NCBI RefSeq assembly: GCF_009914755.1
Contig: NC_060937.1
DNA: 64,000 nt
Reading direction: 5' to 3' (one strand)
Source of the DNA: the human T2T-CHM13v2.0 reference genome, Homo sapiens
Notes under the pieces: model-generated
What the model saw: the letters and a program-made list of their open reading frames with translations, nothing else
Told to the model about the DNA's origin: nothing
The model's database searches: none
Shown here: positions 1 to 12,019 of the stretch, in pieces
Position numbering within the stretch: position 1 is the stretch's first letter
How the letters are laid out: each line of letters opens with the position of its first letter
Made by a program: the position numbers and the translations under genes

Positions 1-341
1 CTAAATATGCATTTGGTTCAATCGTTGGGGAGGGTGGAACAGCTCCTGGCAAGCTGCTCCACCACGCCAACAAGGTGAGTCAGCTGATGAGTATCAACAT
101 GTGTGAGCTGAAACAGCACCTGGTGCTTCTTCACCAACCTTCTGATTATAAAATTAAGGTGGGTGCTGCTTCATGCTCACATTCCAGATTTCACACAAAA
201 CATATCTTATGGCTAACTTCAGCCAGAAAGTATGGAAAAGGGAATTTTAGAAAACATAATTTATAGCTAAAATAAATATAATTTAGAGCTAAATTACACA
301 TGTACTCTTGAAAACCCAGTATATGTATTATATATGTAATA

Positions 342-1334
342 TGTTGCTAAAATGCTAGGGGTTCCGTCTAGGCCCTGTTGCTCACAACACAGAAAGCCAA
401 TCACTGAGATAACAAGTATTACTAGAGAAGAAGATGTTTTATTCTCAGCCAAGGAGAAGGGGAGATCAATCTCATATCTGTCTCCTCAACTGACTAAATT
501 AGGGGGTTTATATAGTAGGGAAGGGATGTAGCTACATGCAGGAAAACAAGAATTAGAGAGGGTTAAGGAAACAATCAGGATGAGTGAGTGATCTGGATTG
601 ACTGGATGAGGTGATCTGGTGAGTTTCAGTCCCTTGCTTCAGGGTTGGTGTGATGGTTAACATTGAGTGTCAACATGATTAGACTGAAGGATGCAAAATA
701 TTGTTCCTGGATGCATCTGTGAGGGTGTTGCCAAAGGAGATCAACATTTGAGTCAGTGGACTGGGAGAGGCAGACCCACCCTCAATCTGGGTGGGCCCCA
801 TCTAATCAGTTGCCAGTGCAGCAAAAATAAAGCGGGCAGAAGAAAGTGGAATGAGCAGACTTGCTGAGTCTTCCAGCCTCCATCTTTCTCCTGCGCTGGA
901 TGCTTCCTGCCCTCGAACATCAAACTCCGAGTTCTTCAGCTTTTGGACTCCTGGACTTACACCAGTGGTTTGCCAGGGGCTCTCAGGCCTTCAGCCACAG
1001 ACTAAAGGCTACACTGTTGGCTTCCCTTCTTTTGAGGTTTTGGGACTCGGACTGGCTTCCTTGCTCCTCAGGTTGCAGACGGCCTATCATAGGACTTCAC
1101 CCTGTGATTGTGTGAGTCCATTTTCCTAATGAACTCCCCTTCATATATACATGCATCCTAATAGTTCTGTCCCTTTAGAGAACCCTGACTAATACAGTTG
1201 GTTTCCTGAGGAAGGAACTCACGAAACAAACGTAAGTTCCAAGTTTTAAAACTAGGAAGGTCAATTTCTATGCTTATTCACAAATAAGTAAATAGTATAA
1301 ATAGTATTTTTATGGGGAAATTCAGCTGGTTTTA
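342..1334 (-). mobile_element. MER66-like ERV1 (MER4-group) solo LTR, split by MLT2A2
   Basis: Starts tgttgctaaaatgctaggggttccgtctaggccctg...cagaaagccaatcactgaga and ends ...ggggaaattcagctggtttta. Collinear with the copy at 10826-11286. Flanks aata/tata. Confidence 0.75.
649..1196 (+). mobile_element. MLT2A2 (HERV-L) solo LTR
   Basis: tgtgatggttaacattgagtgtcaac...gagaaccctgactaataca, 548 bp, with a perfect 5-bp TSD gttgg (644-648, 1197-1201). Confidence 0.9.
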
Positions 1335-1655
1335 TATATCTATATATACACACACACACGTATATATGTGTGTATACATGTAGGTATATATATGTGTGTG
1401 TACATGCATATGTATATGTAAATTTATATGTATATGTGTGTGCATATATATATGCCACGTGTGTATATATACTATGTGTATGTGTATGTGAGTATGTGTG
1501 TGTGTGTGTGTATTTACACACACACCATGTTGTATATGCATATATATACACATTACACACACACGTGTGTATGTTTGTGTGTGTGTGCACATACATATCA
1601 TGGTATATATCTATACTCATGGTTTTCAAGAATACATATCTGTATGTATGTATAA
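1335..1655. repeat. Compound (TA)/(TG)/(CA) purine-pyrimidine microsatellite
   Basis: About 320 bp of alternating RY dinucleotides. It is the source of the HTHT/VCVC ORFs. Confidence 0.95.
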
Positions 1656-1668
1656 TAAAGCCACCTCA

Positions 1669-4600
1669 ATATGGTTTTCATAAACTCTGCACCCAAACAG
1701 GCCTGTAAAAACCCTATGTAACTTCTAAATAGAGACAAAGACAATTATGGAGTCATGTTTCCACCAGACACGATGCAGCTATCGCACATGCAACTGAAAA
1801 CAAGCTTACTTTTTCCCTAAAAAAAGATAATAAATCCATTTTATGCCTCTGGTTGATGTTCATTATTCTTTAACCTGAGTCATATTACCCTCTTTATAAC
1901 TTAAATACTGAGATACAAAGTTAACTACTATTAATGTGCTTTCTTGTAGTTGGCACTGGAAAAATAAAGGGGGAATTCTTAAATATACATTCATACACAA
2001 GCAAAAAATATTTATATTACAATAAGAAAATAACTACTCATAACTATTGCAGTTTTTGTTTCTGTAGCTTTTCTCATAGCGGTAGATGATATTTGTAACT
2101 AACTCCTCTCACTGCCTATTCTCTATATCTTTGCCCTTAGAAATCAGCTCAACTAGCTGTGGTTCATTGCCTGCTGAGACGATCCAAGCATTATTCCCTA
2201 GAGCAAGAGCTACATTCTCTCTAATTGAGTAATTGTAGATTTTCATTGACTTCAGTCACAGAAAATGGGAGTACTAAGTAGCACACTAAGAGATTTTCTA
2301 CATTCCAGACATACTCCTCCTTACCCTACTGCTTGGCAGTAATCCAAATTCTGCCTTAAATTTCAAAATCAGTCACCAGTAGAGTAACCATTTCCTTTGT
2401 CCATTGATTGACTAACCTGGATAACCCAACGTGGCAGCCTCAACATCTGTATAAATGGAACCACTGCTGTGGACCACGGTGGAAATAAGAATTCCACAAC
2501 ACCAGAGCCCAAAGTTTCAGGGATAGGAAACAAAAATTTTTCAAAAGCTTACTAAGGGTAATAGGGAGAAGAGGAACTCCAATTTTGACCCCTTGACTTC
2601 CAGACCCATGAATTGTGGCTCTGAGAAGATGACAATCTTATATTGGTCACTAATTTAAAGCATATAGTCCATCTTGCAAAAAAAAATGACCCACGTTCCA
2701 AAGCTGTCACTTTTACTAAGTCTTCAAAGTGCCATTTCATAATTCTATTGGGTAAGCTGCTTCAGGATGTTGGAGAACATGGCCAGACATGTGAATTCCA
2801 TGAGTATGAGCCTGTTTTCATAATTCATTTGCTATGAAATGATCTCCATGGTCAGAAGCAGTGCTGTATATAATACCATGATAGGGAATAAGTTAGTCTG
2901 TATGTCCCAAAATAGTCATTTTGACAGATGCATTGCAGGAAAATCCATATCCAAAGCATGTATTTCACATGTCCCAAAAACATGTCTAGAGTAGTTGCTA
3001 CTTCCTATTCATCAGATCCAATCAGCATCATTAGAAAATTGTGTTGACCCATGAGATAGAAAGGCAACCCATGCCCTATGGACTTGACTTTAACATAGGG
3101 CTAGATACTTGATATAGCTGCAGACATGTAACAGTGAAGGTACATTGTTGGCCCTTTCAGATGGAAATTATTTGCTTTTGATAGTCACTACTAAAAGATA
3201 AAATTTTTAAAAATGTATTTTCCCAATCATTAGTTGCATACCAGGTTCATTGGATATGGTGATGCATCCTATCACCTCTGAAAATTCAGATACAATCATT
3301 CACAACCTAACAGTTAAAATAATCCATAAGTTTCCAAGTCTGTTTCAGCACAGGTCAAATAGGTGACTTAAACATGTATATAATAGGAGTCATCATGCCT
3401 ACATCTTCCAAGTTCTTGAGGCTGGCACTGATCCCTTGAATCCTTCTAAGAATGTCTCTAAGAATAATTGTTTTCTGTTTACTGTTTGAAAAGTATCAGC
3501 AGTTCTAGTTGTTTCCATGTGGCTTTTGCTATTATAAAAAGCCATGAAACCCTCACTCCATGGCTCAAAAAAGCAATATAGATGCATTATGTATCTGTAT
3601 ACCTCTATCTGATTATATTTATCTAAACATATCCAATTATGCACTCTAAAACTGTGAAAAACCATGGGATAATTGGGGAACTGCTGGGCCAATAGTAACA
3701 TACACCTGGGCAAAAACTCCAGTGATTATTTCTGATCCTTCTCTGACCTGTGGACCACAAAGACATTTTGAGCCTTCAAGAATTAGTTCAGGTTATTGTA
3801 GCCCTGTAATATAGTTTGAAGCTGGATAACATGATGCCTCCAGCTTTGTTCTTTTTACTTGGCTGGCTTGCCTATTCAGGCTTTTGTTTGTTTGTGTCCA
3901 TATACATTTTAAAACAGTTTTCTCTAGTTCTGTGAAGAATTTCAATGGTAGTTTAATGGGGATAGCATTGAATCTATAAATTGCTTTGGGGAGTATGGCC
4001 GTTTTAATAATATTGATTCTTCCTATCCATGAGCATGGAATGTTTTTCCATTTATTTGTGTCATCTCTGATTTCTTTGAGCAGTGTTTTGTAGTTCCCCT
4101 TGTAGAGATCTATCACCTCCCTTGTTAGCTGTATTCCTAGGTATTTTATTCTTTTTGTACAATAATCAAAAGAGCATAGTATTGGTACAAGAACAGACAC
4201 ATAGACCAGTAGAACAGAGTAGAGAACCCAGAAATAAGACCGCACACATACAACTATCTGATCTTTGACTAACCTGACAAAAACAAAAGCAAAAGGGAAA
4301 GGACTCCCTATTCAATAAATGGTGCTGGGATAACTGACTAGCCATATGCAGAAAATTGAAACCGGACCCCTTCCTTACACCACATAAAAAATTATCTCAA
4401 GATGGATTAAATACTTAAATGTAAAACCCAGAACTAGAAAAATCCTGGAAGACAACCTAGGTGATACCATTCAGGACATAGGCATGGGGAAAGATTTCAT
4501 AACGAAGATGCCAAAAGCAATTAGCAATAAGAGTGAAAATTGACAAATGGGATCTAATTAAACTAAAGAGCTCCTTTACTATAAAAAAGAAACTATCAAC

Positions 4601-7308
4601 AGAGTAAACAGACAGCCTACATAATGGCAGAAAATAATTGAAAACTATGTATCTGACAAAGGTCTAATATCCAATATCTATAAGAAACCTAAGCAAATAT
4701 GCAAGAAAAATTAACCCCATTAAAAGTGGCATAGGACATGAACAGACCCTTCACAGAAGTCATACACGCAGCGAACAATCATATGAAAAAGTTCAACATC
4801 ACTGATCATTAAAGAAATGCAAATGAAAACCACAATGAGATACCATCTCACACCAGTCAGAATGGCTATTAAGAAGTCAAAAATAGCAGATGCTAGTGAG
4901 ATAAAAGAATACTTGTACACTGTCAGTGGGGCTGTAAATTAGTTCTACCATTGTGGAAGACTGTGTGGCGATTGCTCAAAAACCTAAAGACAGAAATACT
5001 ATTCAACTCAGCAACCCCATTACTGGGTATGTACTCAAAGGAATATAAATTTTCTATCATAAAGACCCATGCATATGTATGTCCATTGCAACAATATTCA
5101 CAATAGCAAAGACATGGAATTTACCTAAATGCCCATCAATGATAGTCTGGATTAAAAAAAATGTGGTACATATATGCCATGGAATACTATCCAGGCATAG
5201 AAAAGAATGAGATCATATCTTTTGCAGGAACATGGATGGAGCTGGAGGCCATTATCCTTAGCAAACTAATGCAGGAAGAGAAAACCAAATACCACATGTT
5301 TTCACTTATAAGTGGGAGCTAAATGATGAGAACACATGGACACATAGAGGAGAACAACACACACTCAGACCTATTGAAGTTGTGAGATGGGAGGAGGGAT
5401 AGGACCAGGAAAAATAACTAATGGATACCAGGCTTAATACCTGGGTGATGAAATAATCTGTATAACAAATCCTCATGACACACGTTTACCTATGTAACAA
5501 AGCTGCATATCCTGCACATGTACCCCAAACTTAAAAGTTAAAAAAAAAAAAGAATTCAGAGTCAGTGCCCAGTTACCCCTCCAAAGTCTGACTATTTCCC
5601 CCTCTCTAATTGATTGTCATCCTTAACGAATGGCCACAGGTCCCTTGCAAATGACTGGGAAGAATATTAGCAATATAAATATTTTACACTCTAGCAGGCT
5701 CCTTCTGCAAGAAGACTAAGCCTCCTCTTCATTCACAGAGCATAGAATTTGTGAACTGGCTGAAGTCAAGAAATTGAGTGAGGAACCCTGACTCTCTAAT
5801 AAGGTAATTTGATACATATTTGTGTTCACTGGACCTAGAAATTTATCACTTATAAATGTCAAGTAAGACTATCAGAAATAGTCATCTATTTCTGATCTAG
5901 GGATATATTAACTAGACAACACCAAAGATCTCTATGGGTCCGATTACTCCGATTATGGCTTTGAAAGTGAAGTCCATTACAATGATGCTCACTTTTTGTT
6001 ATCACTTGGCTCTGACATGCTGAATTGAGAGCCCAGTCCCATGGTAGCAATTCCCTCTGACATTCCTGGCCTACAGGCAGAGCAACCGTAAAACTCTTCA
6101 AGGATGTTTGGGCTTCCGTCTTGAATGCTTGTCTCACAACAGTGGCGAAGTGAGTCTCATCTTGACCTTTCATCTTGACATAGTGAAGAGGTCTTACATG
6201 ATAGATTTAATCTAATAATATAGTCTCCCTAGGCTGCTGGATACATTTCTTTACAGTATTCTAGAAAGGTTTCAGCATAACAATTTCATTTAAATTAGAC
6301 TATGTTTGGATTTAAATTTCAGTTAGCAAATGTTAAAACCATTTCCAGTCCAGACTGTTAGTTTCCAGTAAAAAACTAACACTTTGATTTTAGCATTTTG
6401 GCTTAGTGATTCCATATAAATAAATTTGGCCTGATGCAAATTCATATTCTTTCCACCTGATCCCTCACATGTTCTCCAGGTTTTTATAGATATAATTTAT
6501 GAAAGTTCTATAGTATTTTGGTGTACATTACACATCCTCATGGGTCTCAGGTCTCAAAGCAATAAGTGGAAATAGGTCCTGAGAAGAATCAATAGTTCCT
6601 TAAAACTACTGTAGTTGAGAACATTATTACTGCTTCAAGTGAAAGGGGGAAAAGCCTTTATCAAATAAGGGTGGAAAAATTTCTTCTACTGGCAAGAAAA
6701 GATCTGCAGGAGTTAGAGGTTCAAGATCTTCACCTGTATTAGAAACTTCTCATATGATCCTATCTTAAATTTTAGTGTGTCATTTCTTTCTAATCAATGC
6801 TGCTAATTTAATATTATTATAAATCCTAATAATATGGGAATTCAATTTGTACTGTAATTCTGCCATCTACGGATTTGATTTTCTGTTTGACTTACAGAAA
6901 TCTTGGCACTGCACCTATAAGAGATAAGGTTTTATTTTAGGCAGTCGTAGACTATTTCAGATCCCCTATGTGGACTTTAAGCTGGAATTTCAAGCCACGA
7001 ACTCAGATTTTCATTGTCCCCAGCTCTCCAGTGCACTGAGAGGCAGTTAACCCACACAATTTTACTTTATTTCATTGAAATGCTCTATAGAAAAGAATCT
7101 TGGTAGCCCTCCATAGACATTTTATTACAGCTAGATACATGTGATTATTTGCATAATTTTTTTTTACTGTATGCTCCTTTAGGAACAGGGTCAATAATAT
7201 CTTTAAATCTAGTAAAATCAGCGAAACAACTCCAGGTAACTAAGAACCAATTCACTGAAATTATCCATTAAGGTTTTGTTTTCTGGAACCACTTTTAGTA
7301 CCAAAATC
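1669..7308 (-). mobile_element. Decayed ERVL-class internal region (gag/pol/integrase/dUTPase remnants), interrupted by L1 at 3792-5551
   Basis: 2040-2700 resembles the ERVL dUTPase/integrase region (e.g. cattccagacatactcctccttacc, gaccccttgacttccagacccatgaat). Ends with ccacttttagtaccaaaatc, the reverse complement of the ERVL-int start with its tRNA-Leu-type PBS. No long open frame. Confidence 0.75.
3792..5551 (+). mobile_element. 5'-inverted, truncated L1PA13/14-like LINE-1
   Basis: 3792-4159 is antisense ORF2 ([14 protein letters not shown]...WIGRINI). 4158-5551 is sense ORF2 end, 3'UTR and poly(A). Degenerate TSD aagaatt..tcag. Confidence 0.9.
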
Positions 7309-7450
7309 TCTTACAGTTAGTCTTCTATCCAAAAAGTATAACCATTGGAAGGGAGGTGCTGAAAAATATTTTAAGGATATTGTTTGTGTCTGATGCTGGA
7401 GTTTGAAATCTGTTAGAGCAGTAGTCTGTCAGGAAAGAAAACTGTACACT
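7309..7450 (-). mobile_element. Remnant of the 5' LTR of the ERVL provirus
   Basis: Directly abuts the PBS. ttagtc...aaccattgga...ggagtttgaaatctgttagagcag resembles an ERVL LTR 3' end. Confidence 0.4.
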
Positions 7451-7901
7451 TTCTTTTTCTAAAAAAAATAAACAACATTGAGATGGGGGCAAAGCTACAT
7501 CTCTCTTTATCTTCTTAAATATCTACATGCAATTATTTTATATTCATTCTGTAAATTATTCAATTATTTTAATTTTACCTAGAATAAATCCATATCAAGA
7601 TGGATTTAATTACTTGTTTATTTTTTAAAAAACTTAGTTTTTATTTTCTTTTTATTTTGTTACTTACCTTTTTTCTGCTCAATAAACTTATCTTGAGTTG
7701 AATTCATCTACCATCTTTGACTCTTTCCTCACCTTTCCAGGTTGGTTAGTTTTGAATATGCCTCCATGCAGATCCCATGGTTTGTAATACTGAAAACAAT
7801 TACTGTATTTATAACTCACAGCTCCTGTCCTATGGAAACATGGAGAACAGCACAGATCTAATCATCAACCCAGCAGATTTTCTTTGCTCCCTGCAGCATT
7901 C

Positions 7902-7914
7902 TTTGTTGTTGTTG

Positions 7915-7941
<27 letters not shown>
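7902..7941. repeat. (TTG)n microsatellite
   Basis: Direct inspection. Confidence 0.95.
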
Positions 7942-7946
<5 letters not shown>

Positions 7947-8482
7947 TGTTTTGGGGAAGGAGAGAAAGTTTCATTTTTATATAAGCATATTTCTAGTTGG
8001 GCAGAACATAGGCTGGAGAACTAAACCATCATCTCCAGCCTCTGAGAAATAGTCAGCCTCCTGACTTCCCTTCTCTTTATGCCTTTATTTGGGTTAAAGG
8101 TTATATGAGAGATTATAGTGTTTCTATATGTGTTAGGTTTAAAAAAAAGTCATCACATACTTCAAAAATTTTGTAAAATTTGACTTCAAATTTAGCAAGC
8201 CATAGGTGAATTTTAAGGAAATTTATATATGCAGAAATGACCTTGAATTGTTTATAAGGAATATTCAGAGCTGAAAATAATATAGAGTACCATTTCAAGA
8301 GGTTCGATTATTGAGAAAAGCAAAAAGCTAGGGTGTTAGTGTAAGAAGGAAGAATGGCTAAAATATGAAGTTTATAAGACAGAAGGTATCTAATAATACC
8401 ATGCAGAAGAAAAGGATGCAGTACATCTAGTAATAACCATTTATTAAACATTTAACAATATCAGAATTTTATGTTAAATTAC

Positions 8483-8857
8483 TATCTTAGTCTGTTTTCA
8501 TACTGCTATAAAGAACTGCCTGAGACTGGGTAATTTATAAAGGAAAGATGTTTAATTGAATTACAGTTCAGCATGGCTGGGGAGGCCTCAGGAAACTTAC
8601 AATCAAGGAAGAAAGCAAAGAGGGAGCAAAGCACCTTCTTCACAAGGCAGCAGGAAAGAGAAATGCGGAGCAAAGGGGGAAGAGCTGCTTATGAAACTAT
8701 CAGATCTTGTGAGAACTCACTATCATGAGGACAGCATGGGGGAAACCACCCCCGTGATTCTATTACCTTCACCTGGTCTCTCCCTTGATAGGCGGGGATT
8801 ATGGGGACTACAATTCAAGATGAGATTTGGGTGGGGAGACAAGACCTAACCATATCA
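8483..8857 (-). mobile_element. THE1D MaLR solo LTR
   Basis: tatcttagtctgttttcatactgctataaagaactgcctgagactgggtaa...aaccatatca, with a perfect 5-bp TSD attac. Confidence 0.85.
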
Positions 8858-10734
8858 ATTACTAATGTAAATTATTAATTCAATCTTCATTTTATAGATT
8901 AAATGTGATGATGATTATTATTATATAATATAATCACATTGAATTTATAAAATGAAATCTTCTAAATTTGACAAAATAAAGGATCAAGTTACATAACTTT
9001 TCAAAGACCACACAGCTAATAAATTAATATATTGGCCCTTTGGCAACAGAACACCTGGAATCTTAACTGCATCCAATAGAGAGAGAGAGAGATGAAAGAA
9101 TATCATATGCTTGATAGAGACACTCATTTTCATCACTCACATACATAGTGCATGCATAACAAGCAGGCAGGTCAAAGATCCAGGCCAACTCGAGTAACAA
9201 GACTGTGGGATGAGAAATTGAAGCAAGTCTATGAAAGTCTTGCATACAACAGCTCTGAGATAACCATGTCATTTTTTCTTATTCTAATCTTCTATTATAA
9301 CTTTTTGAAAATGTTTCAGGAAAAAACAAAGGGCAAAACAAAAACAGGGAGCATAAAATCAAGATTTGAAAATAGTGAAAAAAATGACAAAAAAATGTTA
9401 TCTTGCTTTCATTATAGTCCCTTTAGAACATATATCAAAATCCAAGGTTTCACATATATACCTATAACTGTATATATGTGTGTATATATATATATGAGTT
9501 ATGATAATGTCTTTATTAATGAATGACTGTGAAGGATTGCCTCTAGATTGCTTTCTATTGTAGTCAATCCACTGGCATCAAAGATGCCCTTGAAACAGAT
9601 GAGCTGGGTTTGGTGTGGGAAAAGAATGAGTAATAGTACGAAACCACAGAAAGATGAAAGTGAGACTGATGCAAGCAAGGAGCTTGAAGAAAAGTACTGA
9701 GGACTCAATGAAGCACAGTGGGAAGCACTGTAACATAACTCCCTATTGATGAGAACTGAGACTATTCAACATCCCTTGCAGTCGTGCTGGTGTCTGAGAT
9801 GGAGCAACTCAATATGAACAAAAACCCCATGCTGTAAGTGAGGAAAAGTAGTGTTGCCAAAAAAGACACTGTGAGCCATGATCAGAGTGGTTATTAAGCC
9901 TACTATCACTGTCTCTCTCTCTCTCTCTGTGTATATGTGTGTATATATATATACATGCATACATATATTCTATATATATAAACAGAGAACAAAGAAAATG
10001 TCATATATGCTAAAAATTTCAGTTAAAATTAAGTATTTATAATTAATAAATATGTTAGGAAGAATATCATTAAAACAAGATAACAGTCGCTTTAAGTTTT
10101 ATTTTATTTTATTGTTCCTTTTCTCTACAGTCTCACATATTCTGATGTCTATTTCTCACTGCCACTTTTGCTACTTTTTTCTTTACCAAAAATAATGTGT
10201 TTAAATGCATATATCCATTTGTGTGAATTCACTTTGTCACTTAAAATGCTTGATATATATGTATATATAAGTATATATTGATATATATACACACACATAT
10301 ATATGTAAAGAGTAATTCCATAAAATCCAGTCTCATTTCACTTTCTACTAATTCATTTTCTTTGTGACTGCATCCTTTTTTGTTTTTTGCCTCTCTGCCT
10401 ACTCCCTCATGTTCATGTTCTTCTCATCTTTTTGTATAAAAATATTTCTATTTATTTAAATTTAATGCCATATTTATGTGACAGAATATTCCCCAACCCC
10501 TCAGGAGTATGCAAGATGACTTATCAGTCTCATATTTTACTGGATCAATGATAAAGTCATCCTTTGCTTCCTCTGCTCTTTCACAGCCAGAGATTTTACC
10601 TGTACTCTCCTCAGTGAGGCATGGATAATTAATAGCTCACTTTGATGCCTCTCTTACTTGGTAAAAAAATTTCACATTGCTTGGTATGAGCAGATAATAT
10701 CTCTCCAGACACATGAATTTTCAGTGTTTCTTAT

Positions 10735-10767
10735 GTAGGTTGATGCAAAAGTAATATTGGTTTTTGC
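10735..10767. mobile_element. Half MADE1 (Hsmar1 mariner MITE)
   Basis: taggttgatgcaaaagtaatattggtttttgc is one MADE1 TIR. It runs into (TCTA)n. Confidence 0.7.
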
Positions 10768-10809
<42 letters not shown>

Positions 10810-10817
10810 CATCTATC
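10768..10817. repeat. (TCTA)n tetranucleotide STR
   Basis: About 12 units. Confidence 0.95.
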
Positions 10818-10825
10818 CCGATATA

Positions 10826-11286
10826 TGTTACCAAAACACCAGGGGTTTGGTCTAGGTCCTACTGCTCATGGCACAGAAAGCCAATCACTGAGACAGTGAG
10901 TTTTGCCAAGGAAGAAGACTTTATTTGGGAGCTACAGCCCAGGAGATGAGAGATGTCACAGTCTGTCTCCAAACCAACTAAAATTAGGAGCAGAAATTTA
11001 GCTACATGTGGGGAAAACAGGAATTTGGGAGGATTAAGGGAGAGGAGGTGGTAAGCAGGAAGTAGGGAAGGGTAAGAAAATCACACCAGATGACGGGTCT
11101 GGCATCTCATTGTCTGGATACAATGATCTGGTAAATTTCAGTTCCTTGTCTAAGGGTTGGTCTCCTAAGGAAGAAACTCAGAGAAGACAAATGTAAGTTC
11201 AAAGTTTTAAGACCAGAAGGGTCAATTTCTATGTTTAGTCAAAAAGCTGAAAACGGCAGTTCTATGGGACAATTGGGCCAGTTTCA
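10826..11286 (-). mobile_element. MER66-like ERV1 solo LTR
   Basis: tgttaccaaaacaccaggggtttggtctaggtcc...gggacaattgggccagtttca, with 4-bp TSD tata. Confidence 0.8.
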
Positions 11287-11293
11287 TATATAT

Positions 11294-11758
11294 TTTGAAC
11301 CCTGAAAATCTGAGACAGGTCTCCATTACTTTAGAAAGTTTATTTTGCCAAAGTTGAGGGTAAGTGCCTGTGACACAGCCTTGGGAGGTTCTGACATGTG
11401 CCCAAGGTAGTCAGAGCATAGTTTGGTTTTATACATTTCAGGGAGACATGAGACCTTAATCAACATATGTAAGATGAACATTGGTTCAGCCTGGAAAGGC
11501 GGGACAATGAGAAGCAAAGGCGGGAAGATGAGAAGTGGAGAGGGGCTTCCAGGTCATAAGTAGATAAGAGACAAATGGTTGCATTTTGAGTTTCTGATTC
11601 GCCTCTCCAAAGGTGGCAATCACATATGCATTTATCTCAGTGAGCAGAGGGATGACTTTGAATAGAATACAAGGCAGGTTGGCCCTAGCCAGTTCCCAGC
11701 TTCATTTTTCCCTTTAGCTTGGTGATTTGGGGACCCCAAGATTTATTTTCCTTTCACA
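11294..11758 (-). mobile_element. MER4A1 ERV1 solo LTR
   Basis: Reverse complement begins tgtgaaaggaaaataaatcttggggtccccaaatcaccaagctaaaggg. 4-bp TSD atat. Confidence 0.85.
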
Positions 11759-11780
11759 ATATATAAAAGTATGAAAGGAA

Positions 11781-11858
11781 ACACACACACACACACATAT
11801 GTATATATATATACACACACACACATATATATATACACACACACTATATATATATATA
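11781..11858. repeat. (CA)n/(TA)n microsatellite
   Basis: Direct inspection. Confidence 0.9.
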
Positions 11859-12019
11859 ATTTTAAACTTTCAGAGCTCTGGCTTATTACTTGTGTTTAAT
11901 CATAATTAACTTAGCAACCATAAACATAGTAATGCAGATCAAAGGCTAAACTATTTAAGACTCCAGTAATATGTAAAGTTAGTTTAAATAAAATACACTA
12001 GTGCTTATTTTTGTTTTTT

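Larger units (their letters stand above)
1..1668 (-). mobile_element. 3' LTR of an old ERVL-class provirus (LTR41/LTR52/MLT2-like), interrupted at ~301-1654
   Basis: 'ggaaaagggaattttagaaaacat...agctaaattacaca' (234-300) and 'aaagccacctca' (1657-1668) resemble the reverse complement of an ERVL LTR 5' end (tgtggtggcttt...gtcaacttggctaagct...cccagaattcccttt). ERVL internal sequence follows directly. Confidence 0.5.

Noticed and set aside
1261-1708. Overlapping 60-120 aa ORFs rich in H/T/Y/V/C
   Set aside because: They are translations of an RY microsatellite.
7777-8052. ORF with a poly-Cys run
   Set aside because: Produced by a (TTG)n repeat, with no other coding signal.
9584-9700. 38-aa sORF ending KDESETDASKELEEKY
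   Set aside because: Protein-like composition, but short, with no recognisable homology or splice context. Consistent with chance.
342-11286. Two co-oriented MER66-like LTRs ~10 kb apart as the ends of one provirus
   Set aside because: Each has its own TSD-like flanks, and the DNA between them is ERVL, L1, THE1D and unique sequence, not ERV1 internal sequence.
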